Shown here in pieces: positions 21,802 to 31,941 of a stretch of 64,000 nt of DNA (its first letter is position 1; the number at the start of each line of letters is the position of its first letter). The translations under genes and the position numbers were made by a program. Below the pieces are notes generated by a model. It searched no databases. It was not told the DNA's origin and was given only the letters and a program-made list of their open reading frames with translations. Source of the stretch: Paramoeba atlantica. Taxonomy: Eukaryota; Protista; Discosea. The stretch lies in assembly GCA_977017575.1 (NCBI GenBank), contig CDRNVI010000049.1, positions 434,001-498,000 of the forward strand, written 5' to 3'.

Positions 21802-22268
21802 GTACATTTTCCTTTAGTTCATCTTTTCTTTCCCCGGCAACGGGCATAGTCTTACTGTTTATATGCCCGTTGCCGGCTGGCACTAAGGCCGAAACTGTCC
21901 CTCTTTCTCGTCGAAGCAGGGGACGCGCTTCCACCCCATCACCCCTCCCCGGCTCACTCTTTGAGTGAGCTTACTTCCCTCCCCGGATTTCTTCCTTTCG
22001 CGCCCTTTCCTTCCCGGGGAGCCATGCACCATGTTTGCCTCCCTTGAGCACCACTGGGCGTGGCTCTGCCTCGTCTTATCGCGAGGCAGCGGTCGGTAGC
22101 AGTGCGCCCCTCCGGCTGCGTAAAGAGAGGGCGAGTTGCCTGGGCCCCCTCTACCGACAGAGTCCGTGCTAATCCCCTTGGTGCGACATCCGTCATTACA
22201 GATTGTGCCGATGATATCGGCTGTCGTATCAAGGGCTGTATCTCTGCGCCAACGAGCGCATGAACATC
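21763..22268 (+). repeat. SL-headed structured repeat, copy 1 (full length, 506 bp)
   Basis: Highly similar to the reverse complement of 28019..28589; multiple long hairpins. Confidence 0.85.
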
Positions 22269-22465
22269 GAACATGAGTCAAAAAAATCAAAATCAATTAA
22301 ATCTCAACAATAACCGATTACCAACAATGGGTGATTTTATAACAATAGATGTACCCCCCCCCTTTAGTATAAAAAATCAGGTATTTCTGTTGGTGTTTCT
22401 CTGGGAATAGAATATTATTTACGGAATATCTTTCCAGGAAACTTACAACAAAAATCGAACATTTC

Positions 22466-23143
22466 ATGTCCGAAGGTCAGACCCCTAACGCCACCCTCAC
22501 CCAGCAGCTTTCTGAAAACACCTTGATGATGAAGAAAGTGGAGGAGCATTTAGACCGGGTACAAATCAACGAGGTGAGACTGGCGACCCTGGAAGGCGCG
22601 GTGGAGCGCGTGGCGGTTCAGACCACCGAAGCTATGAAGCTGGCGATGCGCCCGGTTTCGTCGGGTTCAGGGGGCGGCAGGGCGCCGGTTCGCCGGAGGT
22701 GTCAGAGGCAAGTTCCGCGCCCTTATGCGAAAACTCTGGTGCAGGTACCAGAGCTTCCTAGAGCTTCCGAAAGTTCACGGACACTCTCCTCAAGCTCTCC
22801 TCAAGTCGACCCCCCGTCTCCTCCAGTGTCTCCTCAAATCAGCCCTCCGTCTCCTCTGATGTCTCTTCAAGCCAACTCCCCAGCTTGTCGGGTGCAGAGC
22901 GGCTCGCCGAGATCATCACCTCTCCGTGCCGAAAAAACTTCGTCACGTATTCAGGCTCACACGCAAAATCCACAAGCGTTGTTTCACGCCGAGGAAAATC
23001 AAACGCAGTCGCCACAAACCTACTCTGCACCTCACGTGTTCTCCATACTCCACAATACGGCGAACCTATTCACGTGCTTCCGGGAGTATTACGGAAGTGA
23101 CGTAGATGATTTTAATGACCGTGTCAGTTTGCGCAGCTGTTAG
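22466..23143 (+). CDS. Element-associated ORF: coiled-coil N-terminus, Pro/Ser-rich middle, Merlin-like tail
   Basis: 225-aa ORF opposite the host strand. Its 3' segment TANLFTCFREYYGSDV is shared at DNA level with the Merlin remnant at ~21295..21345. Confidence 0.4.
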   Translation: MSEGQTPNATLTQQLSENTLMMKKVEEHLDRVQINEVRLATLEGAVERVAVQTTEAMKLAMRPVSSGSGGGRAPVRRRCQRQVPRPYAKTLVQVPELPRASESSRTLSSSSPQVDPPSPPVSPQISPPSPLMSLQANSPACRVQSGSPRSSPLRAEKTSSRIQAHTQNPQALFHAEENQTQSPQTYSAPHVFSILHNTANLFTCFREYYGSDVDDFNDRVSLRSC

Positions 23144-23805
23144 CAGTAGCTGTTAAAACATTTTTTATAAAGTGAGTTCCTAAAAAACGTATCCATCCAT
23201 TCACGAGTTGCGCGTGGAATTAGAACGATGTAGCATCCCGTCCATAGGAAAAGAAACGAAGAGAATCTAAGGGTAACAAAATGACAATGAAGAGAGGCCA
23301 GCACAGCTAAGTTCGTGATCTTCTAGCTACCAGCTTTCGTTGCGGAAAAATGTCTACATTTTTCTTTCACGAGCAACGAAACCAGTATCCTTATGCTGCC
23401 CCCACACGATCAGAGCAGTCAAAAAAAACAGAGCAGATGATTAATGAATTCTGTGACCAAAAGGTGCTATGATTCCTTCCAACAAGCTTGACATTCTTTG
23501 TCATACTACTTTTCCCAGTAAAGAGAACGTTCCTCCCGACTTCCATGCTATCTCCAAAAATAGGAGTACGTAAAGTTCAGTACATACTCCTAATTATGGT
23601 ACGAGCGAAGTTTCCTTCTCAAGCTACTCGATTTTGAATTCGTGTGCCTGTCCTAGACTCATCACTACGTAACGTTCTGGTTCATGTACGGGGACATATT
23701 GCGGTGTAAGATAGTTTCATTGGACACGCCCCCCAAGTGTACAAGGACAACATAAGAAATTTGAAGAATCGACTATGTGAACTTCTAAATACAGACCCCA
23801 CACTT

Positions 23806-24795
23806 TTACTCTGTACGTCCTACGGAACACGCACGAACACTCCGTGGTGGGATCCACACAGAGCCGTCTTTTTCCTGGGACACAAGTTCAAACACCAACA
23901 CCCCTCCATTCGAGAGCTTCCTCTCCGTCCAACACACCTTTCTCTGCTCCTTTAACGGAATAAACAAACGTAGCAACATTTTTAACCACGCGGAGTGTCC
24001 CGCAATGTAGACCACCTCACGGGGTTGGTCACACGAGAGCGCCCAATAGGCGAATCGACGGACCCGGGCCCACCCGGGTTCCGCTATTCCCTTATTCCCG
24101 GCGTGATACTTCATGTCCCACCCCCCCGCGTAGGAGAGAAAACCGAAAGGGTCGAACCCCAGCACTTTACGGTTCGTCGCGTGGGGTTGGGGTAAACGAA
24201 GTGTGGAGAAGGTGTCGATGTTTCGTGAGATTTCTTGTAAATCGGAGTGAATCCATATGGGCTGGTGATTCACTGGGTTCAGCGCGGTGAAACTGTACTG
24301 CGCGGTCTCCAGCGCCCGCTGTAGATTGGAGGAGAGAAGTAAATAGGAGTGGGAGTGGTGAAACCCGAGATGCTCGAGTTGGGCTCCCGCGGCTGTGGCT
24401 TGTTGTCGTCCGTGCGCACTCAGCGGGCTGTCTAAAAAGGCGCGAGGGATGACGGAGAGGATAATGCGTGCCGATTCTTGACAGGCGAATCGGAAGGCTC
24501 GAAATAAGGATACGGGATGAATCCGGTCAAAGCAGCTGTTCCAGATCGATTCACCATGGCGTATGAAGACAATCGTTACCGTTCGGCGGCGGTTTCCTCG
24601 CGGCGACCGCTTGCGAAGTTTGATGTCTTCAATGGGGGCAAATTCACGACAGTTTGTAAAATAGTGTGCCGCGTAAAAGTAGTGAGGTAAATCACGAAGG
24701 AAGCATGATTTGTGGTAATAGCACAGAAGGAGGGCTAAAGCAACGGCAAAAAATGCGCACCACGACACATAGAGGAAGTTCGATTCACCAGTCAT
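23806..24795 (-). CDS. Histidine phosphatase (phosphoglycerate-mutase-like) with N-terminal membrane anchor
   Basis: FIRHGES, DSPLSAHGRQQA, SSNLQRALETA and AGHS motifs. Confidence 0.85.
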   Translation of the reverse strand: MTGESNFLYVSWCAFFAVALALLLCYYHKSCFLRDLPHYFYAAHYFTNCREFAPIEDIKLRKRSPRGNRRRTVTIVFIRHGESIWNSCFDRIHPVSLFRAFRFACQESARIILSVIPRAFLDSPLSAHGRQQATAAGAQLEHLGFHHSHSYLLLSSNLQRALETAQYSFTALNPVNHQPIWIHSDLQEISRNIDTFSTLRLPQPHATNRKVLGFDPFGFLSYAGGWDMKYHAGNKGIAEPGWARVRRFAYWALSCDQPREVVYIAGHSAWLKMLLRLFIPLKEQRKVCWTERKLSNGGVLVFELVSQEKDGSVWIPPRSVRACSVGRTE

Positions 24796-24984
24796 TAGAT
24801 TTCGGAGCAGAATCCCACAAGGGGCTCAAAAATACGGCTGCATCATAAGTTTCTGAACCTTGCTTTACAGTAGAATGGTAGGAAATATAAAGTCCAAAAG
24901 TTTTGCAAAAAATATTGTTTTGCAAAGCTCTCCATGTACGTAAATTCTTATTATTTTGATTTTCCCGGCGGGTGTAGATTCATT

Positions 24985-26697
24985 TCATAAAGTCAAGTTT
25001 AGAATGCGATTCGTCGCTGAACGTTCCAGGGTCTCCTTGTTCAATTTTTTCCGGTATAATACGCTATAATGCCCTGTTGACTCCTCAAATGGAAAAAAGG
25101 TATGAAACCAACGTCCAACCTCGACATATTTATTGTCGTGCAGAAAATCCATCATTTTCATGCTCAAATCATCATAAAGAAGTACAAAATCTGGAAACGT
25201 TGCGGTACGATTTTCTCTCAATCGGACCAATTGGAGCTGCTGTTGTATGTGTTCATCGTTTGAACTAATATTAGCGTAATTCCACAACAAGAACTCTCTT
25301 GGGTATTTCATAAATATTGCGTGTGGGGTAGGAGGTTTCTCCTTCCCATTTTCCGAGAGATACAGCGGACACTGTATCGTATTCAACGTGTGGATCTTAC
25401 CATGAAGATGGGAATATCCCGGAGTTTGATGACATCCCATCCATATGTCAAGAGAAAGTCTCTCTTTGCCGTTTTGCGCCCCCCTCATGGTTTCAGGTAA
25501 TCCTCGTAGGTATGTAAAGGCTGCAAGGTTTCCTCTCTGATGTAAATAACCCAGTGTAACAAAGAGTCCCAAGTTCAATATGACATAGAGGGGAAGAGCG
25601 CCTCGGTGAATACATTTCGGTATCCATGGTTTACCTTTTTCACCGCATTCCATAAGCGAGATGGAACAAAGACTAATAGCAATCGGAAGAATTGGGTACA
25701 GAAAGCGAACCTCCTTGTGAGGAAGCAAGGAATAGGCTAAGATCGTCCATAACACGGACAACGATAAAATCGCTTTCTTGGATTGCAACCGCTGTCCTTC
25801 TGATAAACCAACCACAACACTTTGCAGTAAAATCGGATACAAGGGGCCCAGAAGTATAAACAGGCCGTGTGTGAGGTACCATGTAAAAGGGTGAGTGCCG
25901 AATATAGCCGATTGACCTTGGAACACATTAAAAAGAAGAAATTGGAGGGGAGTGCACGTGAGCTCACCGTAAAACAGTGAGTCTAACACGGTGAGTACTG
26001 CGAGGCAAACAAGACCAATAACAAAGGTACGGATGGCACGAGCTTTGGAGGATAACGTACATAAGCAAATTACAGGGATCCAGTACAGGATACTCGTTAC
26101 TCGGAGTGCAGTGGCAATTCCTACGGTGACGATGAAATGAAGAAAAGCAGAGTCTTTCTGAATGTACATGGCACTTTTAATTGTATGCTGACGAACGTTG
26201 AAAGAAATTTTGGTACAAAAAATTGCCGCCCAAGTGGTTAATAAGGCCTCTATGGAATTCACCAAAGTTCGGCAACCGTGAAATGGATGACTCCAAGTAA
26301 ACAACAGTAACTTAAGAGCAAGAGTTTTTGCTACTTTAACTTTTTTCATTGAGTGAATGTGCTCTGCATCCCGGCATTCTACGCGTGCCAATTCAGATGT
26401 TAGTTTTATTACCGCAACATCCAACAAAGCGCAAAATAAGCCTTGCAAAACGCGTGGCGAAAGAAACATTACCGTAGGTGTATCAATACCAAGCCCTCGA
26501 ATCACATAAAATAACAGACTATAAATTTGGGCGTGCAAGCAGGATCGTAAGCCGGTCTTCCATTCCCAAGTAAGATCCCCTTTACCATATACTTCAAAGT
26601 AGGCAACTTCAATGGATTGCCAGTACTCATCTGGTACGTAAGATGTTGCTATACTGCACGCAATGAAAACACGTAGTAATGCGAACAGAAGGAACAT
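24985..26697 (-). CDS. PIGB: GPI mannosyltransferase 3 (PIG-B/GPI10, GT22)
   Basis: PDEYWQSIEVAY, WEWKTGLRS, HKEVRFLYP, HQRG and CHQTPGYSHLH motifs; multiple TM segments. Confidence 0.9.
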   Translation of the reverse strand: MFLLFALLRVFIACSIATSYVPDEYWQSIEVAYFEVYGKGDLTWEWKTGLRSCLHAQIYSLLFYVIRGLGIDTPTVMFLSPRVLQGLFCALLDVAVIKLTSELARVECRDAEHIHSMKKVKVAKTLALKLLLFTWSHPFHGCRTLVNSIEALLTTWAAIFCTKISFNVRQHTIKSAMYIQKDSAFLHFIVTVGIATALRVTSILYWIPVICLCTLSSKARAIRTFVIGLVCLAVLTVLDSLFYGELTCTPLQFLLFNVFQGQSAIFGTHPFTWYLTHGLFILLGPLYPILLQSVVVGLSEGQRLQSKKAILSLSVLWTILAYSLLPHKEVRFLYPILPIAISLCSISLMECGEKGKPWIPKCIHRGALPLYVILNLGLFVTLGYLHQRGNLAAFTYLRGLPETMRGAQNGKERLSLDIWMGCHQTPGYSHLHGKIHTLNTIQCPLYLSENGKEKPPTPHAIFMKYPREFLLWNYANISSNDEHIQQQLQLVRLRENRTATFPDFVLLYDDLSMKMMDFLHDNKYVEVGRWFHTFFPFEESTGHYSVLYRKKLNKETLERSATNRILNLTL

Positions 26698-26903
26698 GAT
26701 ATAAGCTTGCCTTGGTCAGTTAATGTTGCTAGCTTGATTGGAACAAAATCTCTACTCGTTCACCAAAACATCTCAATCAATACTTGCGACTAAAATCCCT
26801 TGAGAGATTCTACTTAAACAGCTTCTACTTAAATAGCTTGTTACATTTGTAACAAATGATCGCAATGTAAATTTAATGAGCTTCACAAGATACAAAAGAG
26901 CTT

Positions 26904-26908
26904 AACGT

Positions 26909-26941
<33 letters not shown>
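26904..26941. repeat. (GA)n microsatellite
   Basis: Visible agagagag run. Confidence 0.85.
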
Positions 26942-26945
<4 letters not shown>

Positions 26946-27562
26946 ACGTATTCTTTTTTTAGATTTCAAAATTGAGACAGCCACATGCACTGGCTCGTTA
27001 ATCTAAGCTATTTAATTTAAGGAATCAAAAACCAAACTCGGAAAAAAGAAATTATAAAAAAAACTCGTAACTATTTAAGAAACAGTTCGCTAAAGAAACA
27101 AATTCACACTATTCTAGAATTTCTACACTACTAATTTATTTCTTTTAAATAAACATTTTTTTTCACACTACTATTTTATTATCAATCATTATTATATTGG
27201 TGCCTCCCACATAGGCTCTTAATGATTGAGGGTGAAGAGTCGTGTCGAATTCACCATACAAATCAGTATTACTATTTAAGTCAAGTCTACGCAGGTGTTT
27301 TGGAAGGAAATCAAACAACACCAGACCACTAAATAGGTTTATCTGACATTCGAAGGCGTGGAGAGATGGGGGTAGGTGCTGTAAGTCAAGTGGTCCAGTG
27401 AAAAAGTTTTGCGCTATATTTAGATTTTCCATTCTCCTCGGTAAGCGACTAAGGACAACCTCCCCAGAAAGCTCATTTGAATGAATATCTAAAAGTGTCA
27501 AAGTTGAAGGCAATTCGGAGAGATCCACGTTTTGAACGAATTTGTTACTGTTCAAAGGTTAT

Positions 27563-28010
27563 GATCATACGCTCGTGGCGCAGAGATACGTCTCTCTGTG
27601 TGACGGCCGATACCATCAGCGCATGACCCGCATACGACGGGTGTCACACAGAGAGTGGAGTGCGAGGTAGGAGACGAGTCGCCCATCGGTCATGCTACAG
27701 CACGTATAGCCATGGTTCATGCTGCAACACGGTCAAGCCGTGGGTTCATGCTGTCAGATGGTCTATCGTGGATCATGATGCATCATGGGGAGGTCCGTTA
27801 CCGCCGCACTCGCTACAGCATGTAGGGAGAGAGGGGTGCAAGTTCGCATCCCCTATACACGCATACAACGTGCCCTCCCGCTGTAGCACGCCCAGTGGTC
27901 CTCAAGGGAGGCCACCATGGCGCATAGCTCCCGGGAGAAGAAAGCACGAGAAGTAGAGAGCCGGGGAGGGAAGAAAGCTCACTCGAAGAGAGCGAGCCGG
28001 GGAGGGGTGA
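27563..28010 (-). repeat. SL-repeat family copy 3 (divergent, lacks SL-proximal part)
   Basis: Shares GCGCAGAGATAC, ACGCCCAGTGGTCCTCAAGGGAGGCCACCATGGCGCAT and GAGCCGGGGAGGGGTGA blocks with copy 2. Helices are conserved with different sequence. Confidence 0.78.
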
Positions 28011-28018
28011 AGAGTTTT

Positions 28019-28589
28019 GATGTTCATGCGCTCGTTGGCGCAGAGATACAGCCCTTGATGCGACAGCCGATATCATCGGCACAATCCGTATTGACGGATG
28101 TCGCACCAAGGGGGTTTAGCTCGGACTCTGTCGGTAGAGGGGGTCCAGGCAACTCGCCCTCTCTTTACGCAGCCGGAGGGGCGCACTGCAACCGACTCGG
28201 TCCCAGTCGGTAGAGGTGGTCCAGGCAACTCACCACCTCTTTGCGCAGCCGGAGGGGCGCACTGCAACCGACCGCTGCCTCGCGATAATGCGAGGCAGAG
28301 CCACGCCCAGTGGTCCTCAAGGGAGGCCACCATGGCGCATGGCTCCCCGGGAAGAAAAGGGCGCGAAGGGAAGAAAGCCGGGGAGGGAAGAAAACCCACT
28401 CAAGGAGTGAGCCGGGGAGGGGTGATGGGGTGGAAGCGCGTCCCCTACTTCGCCGAGAAAGAGGGACAGTTTCGGCCTTAGTGCCGGCCGGCAACGGGCA
28501 TATAAAACAGTAAGATTATGCCCGTTGCCGGGGAAAGAAAAGATGAACTAAAGGGAAAATGTACCAACAAGGTACAGAAACTGTATCTT
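28019..28589 (-). repeat. SL-repeat family copy 2 (SL nt 15-39 retained, internal ~75-bp duplication)
   Basis: Reverse complement reads AAGATACAGTTTCTGTACCTTGTTG|GTAC... and matches copy 1. Confidence 0.85.
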
Positions 28590-29262
28590 TATTGCGAAGT
28601 GCCACCATTGCGTCAGGTAAATGCGATAAATTCATTTTTCCTGACAGTTCGTTGCTAGATATGTCAATTGCCTTCATCTCGGATGGCAATACATCGAGTG
28701 GTACACTTCCGGTAAGTTCGTTTCGCCATGCCCTAAATTCGCGTGTTGTGTCGCATAAATATTTCCATTGCAAGGATCCCCCAAGTTTCCTGTAACTCCA
28801 ACGAATATACCTTACTTGTGAATTATAACAGCTCACGCCGGTCCAATCGCAAGCAGGTGTCGACGAAGTCCAGGATGGATCCCAATTTGAAATGTTCTCG
28901 ACAAATCGTACAAGTTCATATTCCTGCGGTAAGTTCGCTCCCCGAACTTTACTCGGACGGTTCCCTACTGCATTGTGCTTATAGTCATCCGCTGCGTCGC
29001 AACACGAGGACAAAAGACAGAGCGTCGAAAACATGACAGAAGACATATAAAAGACTACTAATAGGACGATCGTGTTTTTCCCTGTTGCATCAGCAACAGT
29101 AATGTTAAAATTCTTTTTTAGCCACTACGTTACACTCGGCGGTTGTCTTCAACTTAAAAGTCACTCATGCTGAGCATGGAGTAGCAAAAGTAGAAAACAA
29201 AAGTGTGGGCGGAGGGAAAAGTATAAACAGTGCCCACCACTGTATATAGCGTATATACACAT

Positions 29263-29331
29263 GAGGGGCTGCGGGTCGCGGGTTCGGCGCGGGTTCGGTG
29301 CGGGTTCGATGATGCATACCCGCAGCCCCTC
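29263..29331. mobile_element. Miniature TIR element (GAGGGGCTGCGGG ... CCCGCAGCCCCTC)
   Basis: 13-bp perfect inverted repeats, ACAT on both flanks, internal GCGGGTTCGG repeats. The same TIR occurs at 44530..44542 and, degenerate, near 30852. Confidence 0.65.
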
Positions 29332-29561
29332 ACATGTATAAAGCGTATTTATAATAATACATTAGAAAATACCTCCGTGATCATCCCAAAATTGAGATGA
29401 AAAAAGTCTAAAAAAATTCCTACAGAAAAAAAAATAACGTAATTCTCGTAAAAAAAAAGGATTGACACCATTATTTCTAAGAATCCAGCGGGGCCTCTAT
29501 TACCCACGAAGTATACATAGACACATGAAAACATGTTTACTTCCCCCGCAAAAAAATATTT

Positions 29562-29720
29562 CAAGATGGTGCCACCTCTCATATGGCCAAGGCCACCATA
29601 AATTACCTGAACAAACGAAAAATTAATCTACTAAAAAATTGGCCCCAAATTCTCCCGATCTTTCTCCCATTGAAAACATATGGTCAAAGGTGCAACAAGA
29701 CGTAAATGAAAAGCTACCAT
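29562..29720 (+). pseudogene. Tc1-like transposase fragment
   Basis: QDGATSHMAKAT...NSPDLSPIENIWSKVQ, related to the 45087..45857 transposase. Confidence 0.7.
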
Positions 29721-29745
29721 CTACAGTGCATCTAGCTACCATCTA

Positions 29746-30057
29746 CAGTGCGTGGTGTTATTATGGGACGGGTTAATTACGGGACGGGTTAATGACGGGA
29801 CGGGTATTTAAGGGACAATATGGGGGTGGGGTCGTACCTTTGAAATGGGACAAGAGAAAGGACAAATCCTTTTAGGATTTTAGGTTCTAAAACGTATTTA
29901 TAAGGTAAGATAATTAAAGGAAGATAATTGAAAGAAAAAGGTATAGTAGAGCCTCAGAAAAAAATGGAAAATTAAGGGACGGTTAAGTACGGGACACTTT
30001 GGCCTTGATGGGGCGGTGTCCCCTAATTAACCCGTCCCGTAATAAAGCCCCACACTG
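29746..30057. mobile_element. TA-flanked MITE (CAGTG...CACTG)
   Basis: TA target duplication, inverted ends with TTATTAYGGGACGGGTTAATT arms and GGGAC sub-repeats. Confidence 0.72.
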
Positions 30058-31248
30058 TACATCATATTACGGTATTCCTCCTTGTGTTTTAACTGTTTTT
30101 CTTCACTTATATTTCAATAAGCAGGGGTAGAGCGGTAGTTATATTGTATGCCTACAATGTATGTAATATGACTACTGTATGTAATAATACAACCTAAATA
30201 ACTGAATAATACAACCACCGCAACTTCCCTATTTCGCACCCTGGATTCAATTGGTAGTATTTTCCTACATGACTAATTAGTGTAGTAAAAATTTTTTGGT
30301 CGTTTCGTTAAACGACTTCTTTTCAAGCAGTCGCCGGTGCTGTGCAAGTGTAACAGTTTTCGTGCCCCCCCCCCAACTCCTTGTACATTTTTCATACAGG
30401 CTTGTGCTGCGACTTATGCAAGTTCGTCAAAGAACAAATGAAAGTAGACTTTTTATTGCAATTTTACTTACCGTCACCCCCCCTCACCTGTCCTCCTAGG
30501 TGACATATCCTCTTTGTACAATCGATGAGAGGATATGTCACCTAGTACCAAGATACGAAAGCGAGGACAAGTCAGGGGCAATGACGATACAAAGATCACT
30601 ATTTATTTAAGATTGATTATTTACATTCATTTCATTACTCAAATTAAGTTAAACGGGGATCCAGTTTAGCATACTTGTGACCTCGTATCATACCGGGGGG
30701 GGTATGGTATCACACTCGAAGTCCGTACTATGTGACTTGTCCTCCTAGGCATAGCTACAATAATAATTTTTGTAATAATAATTATTAATAATTATTATTA
30801 TTCAAAAAATCAAATTATTAATATTATTAATAATTCAATATGCATTCACACGAGGGGCTGCGAGTGACACATGAGGAGCCCCTCGCATGTAGACATATGG
30901 TCGGCGTCATTTGCAGCAGTATGATGGCAGCACCAGGGAAGACCGCGAGGAGATCCAGAAAGCTCATTCTCGTTGCGACACATCATACAAATACAGAGTT
31001 TGGCATTTCCCGGCCCTCGATATCAGCACTCCACAAGGAGTTGTTGTTGGTACAGCACATTTACCTGCGTCAGGCGTAGGCTCCTACTTCCCGCGTAGGT
31101 TGAGGTGCATATAATGATGCTCGAAGCATCAGCATCGACTCCATAAGGAGATCCCCATCAATGGTCCTTTTCGGCATGAAAATATTGTTTGACACAAAAT
31201 TAAGGGCGAGAAATCTGAGTGTAAAAGCCCAATAATAATTTATTAATA

Positions 31249-31807
31249 CTGTGCCCCCCCCACTTATTTGTCACCCCTTTTTCGAAAAAAGGACAAATAA
31301 GTAGGGGGGATGGAGCTATCACAATTAAGTGGGGGGGTCACAGTTCTTGCATACTTCAAAAATATCTGCTTACGAATGTTCTTAGGTCAGCGTTAGTACC
31401 ATCAGTAAGATAGCAGTGCCAGGGAAGACCACGAGGAGGTCCCGACCTTACTTCCCCATTTTGGGTTGCGCCCAGAAGCAAGCCCACTTTAATTTTGCAA
31501 TAGTCAAAACTTTGCGATAGAGAAAAAAGGTTATGGTAGTAGTATCATACATGAAGCGAGTACGGTACTCGTGTACTCACCCGAGTAAGCACAGCGAGTA
31601 ATTACTCGGAGTACCGTACTCGCTGTACTCGCTTCCAGCAGGTATGCACTCGCTATACAAGTGAGTTTGGAACAAGTGACGTTATGTTAAGAAATTTCTG
31701 GTCGAGAAATTGCTGGTCGAGGAGGATGTGGGATGTGATAAGGGATGGAATGCGGCGCCGAATCCACTAGGCTTCGTCGAAAAGGACAAATAAGTGGGGG
31801 GGCACAG
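31249..31807. mobile_element. TA-flanked MITE (CTGTGCCCCCCCACTTATTTGTC TIR)
   Basis: ~23-bp inverted repeat at both ends in AT-rich flanks; related motifs near 15690 and 52830..52930. Confidence 0.7.
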
Positions 31808-31941
31808 TAATTTATTAATAATTTATTAATAATCTATTAATAATAATTATTATTACCGAACTGAATTATTAATAATCCTGCAGCTATGCTCCTAGGTGAC
31901 GTATCCGCTTTGGGCCGCTTTTTTCCACTTTTGCGAGGATA

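Larger units (their letters stand above)
27163..29046 (-). pseudogene. Secreted LRR protein gene split by an insertion
   Basis: The 5' half (29046 to ~28593) has a signal-like N-terminus, an LRRNT-like CDWTGVSC and LRRs. The 3' half (~27555 to 27163) continues the same LPxxLxxLxLxxNxFxG repeats. SL-repeat copies lie between them. Confidence 0.78.

Noticed and set aside
21860-22200. Similarity of SL-repeat segments to hammerhead (GGCCGAAAC), SRP RNA, U6 (GATTAGCACGG) or 5S rRNA
   Set aside because: No CTGATGA core and no correct helix context; matches are too short to support any known family.
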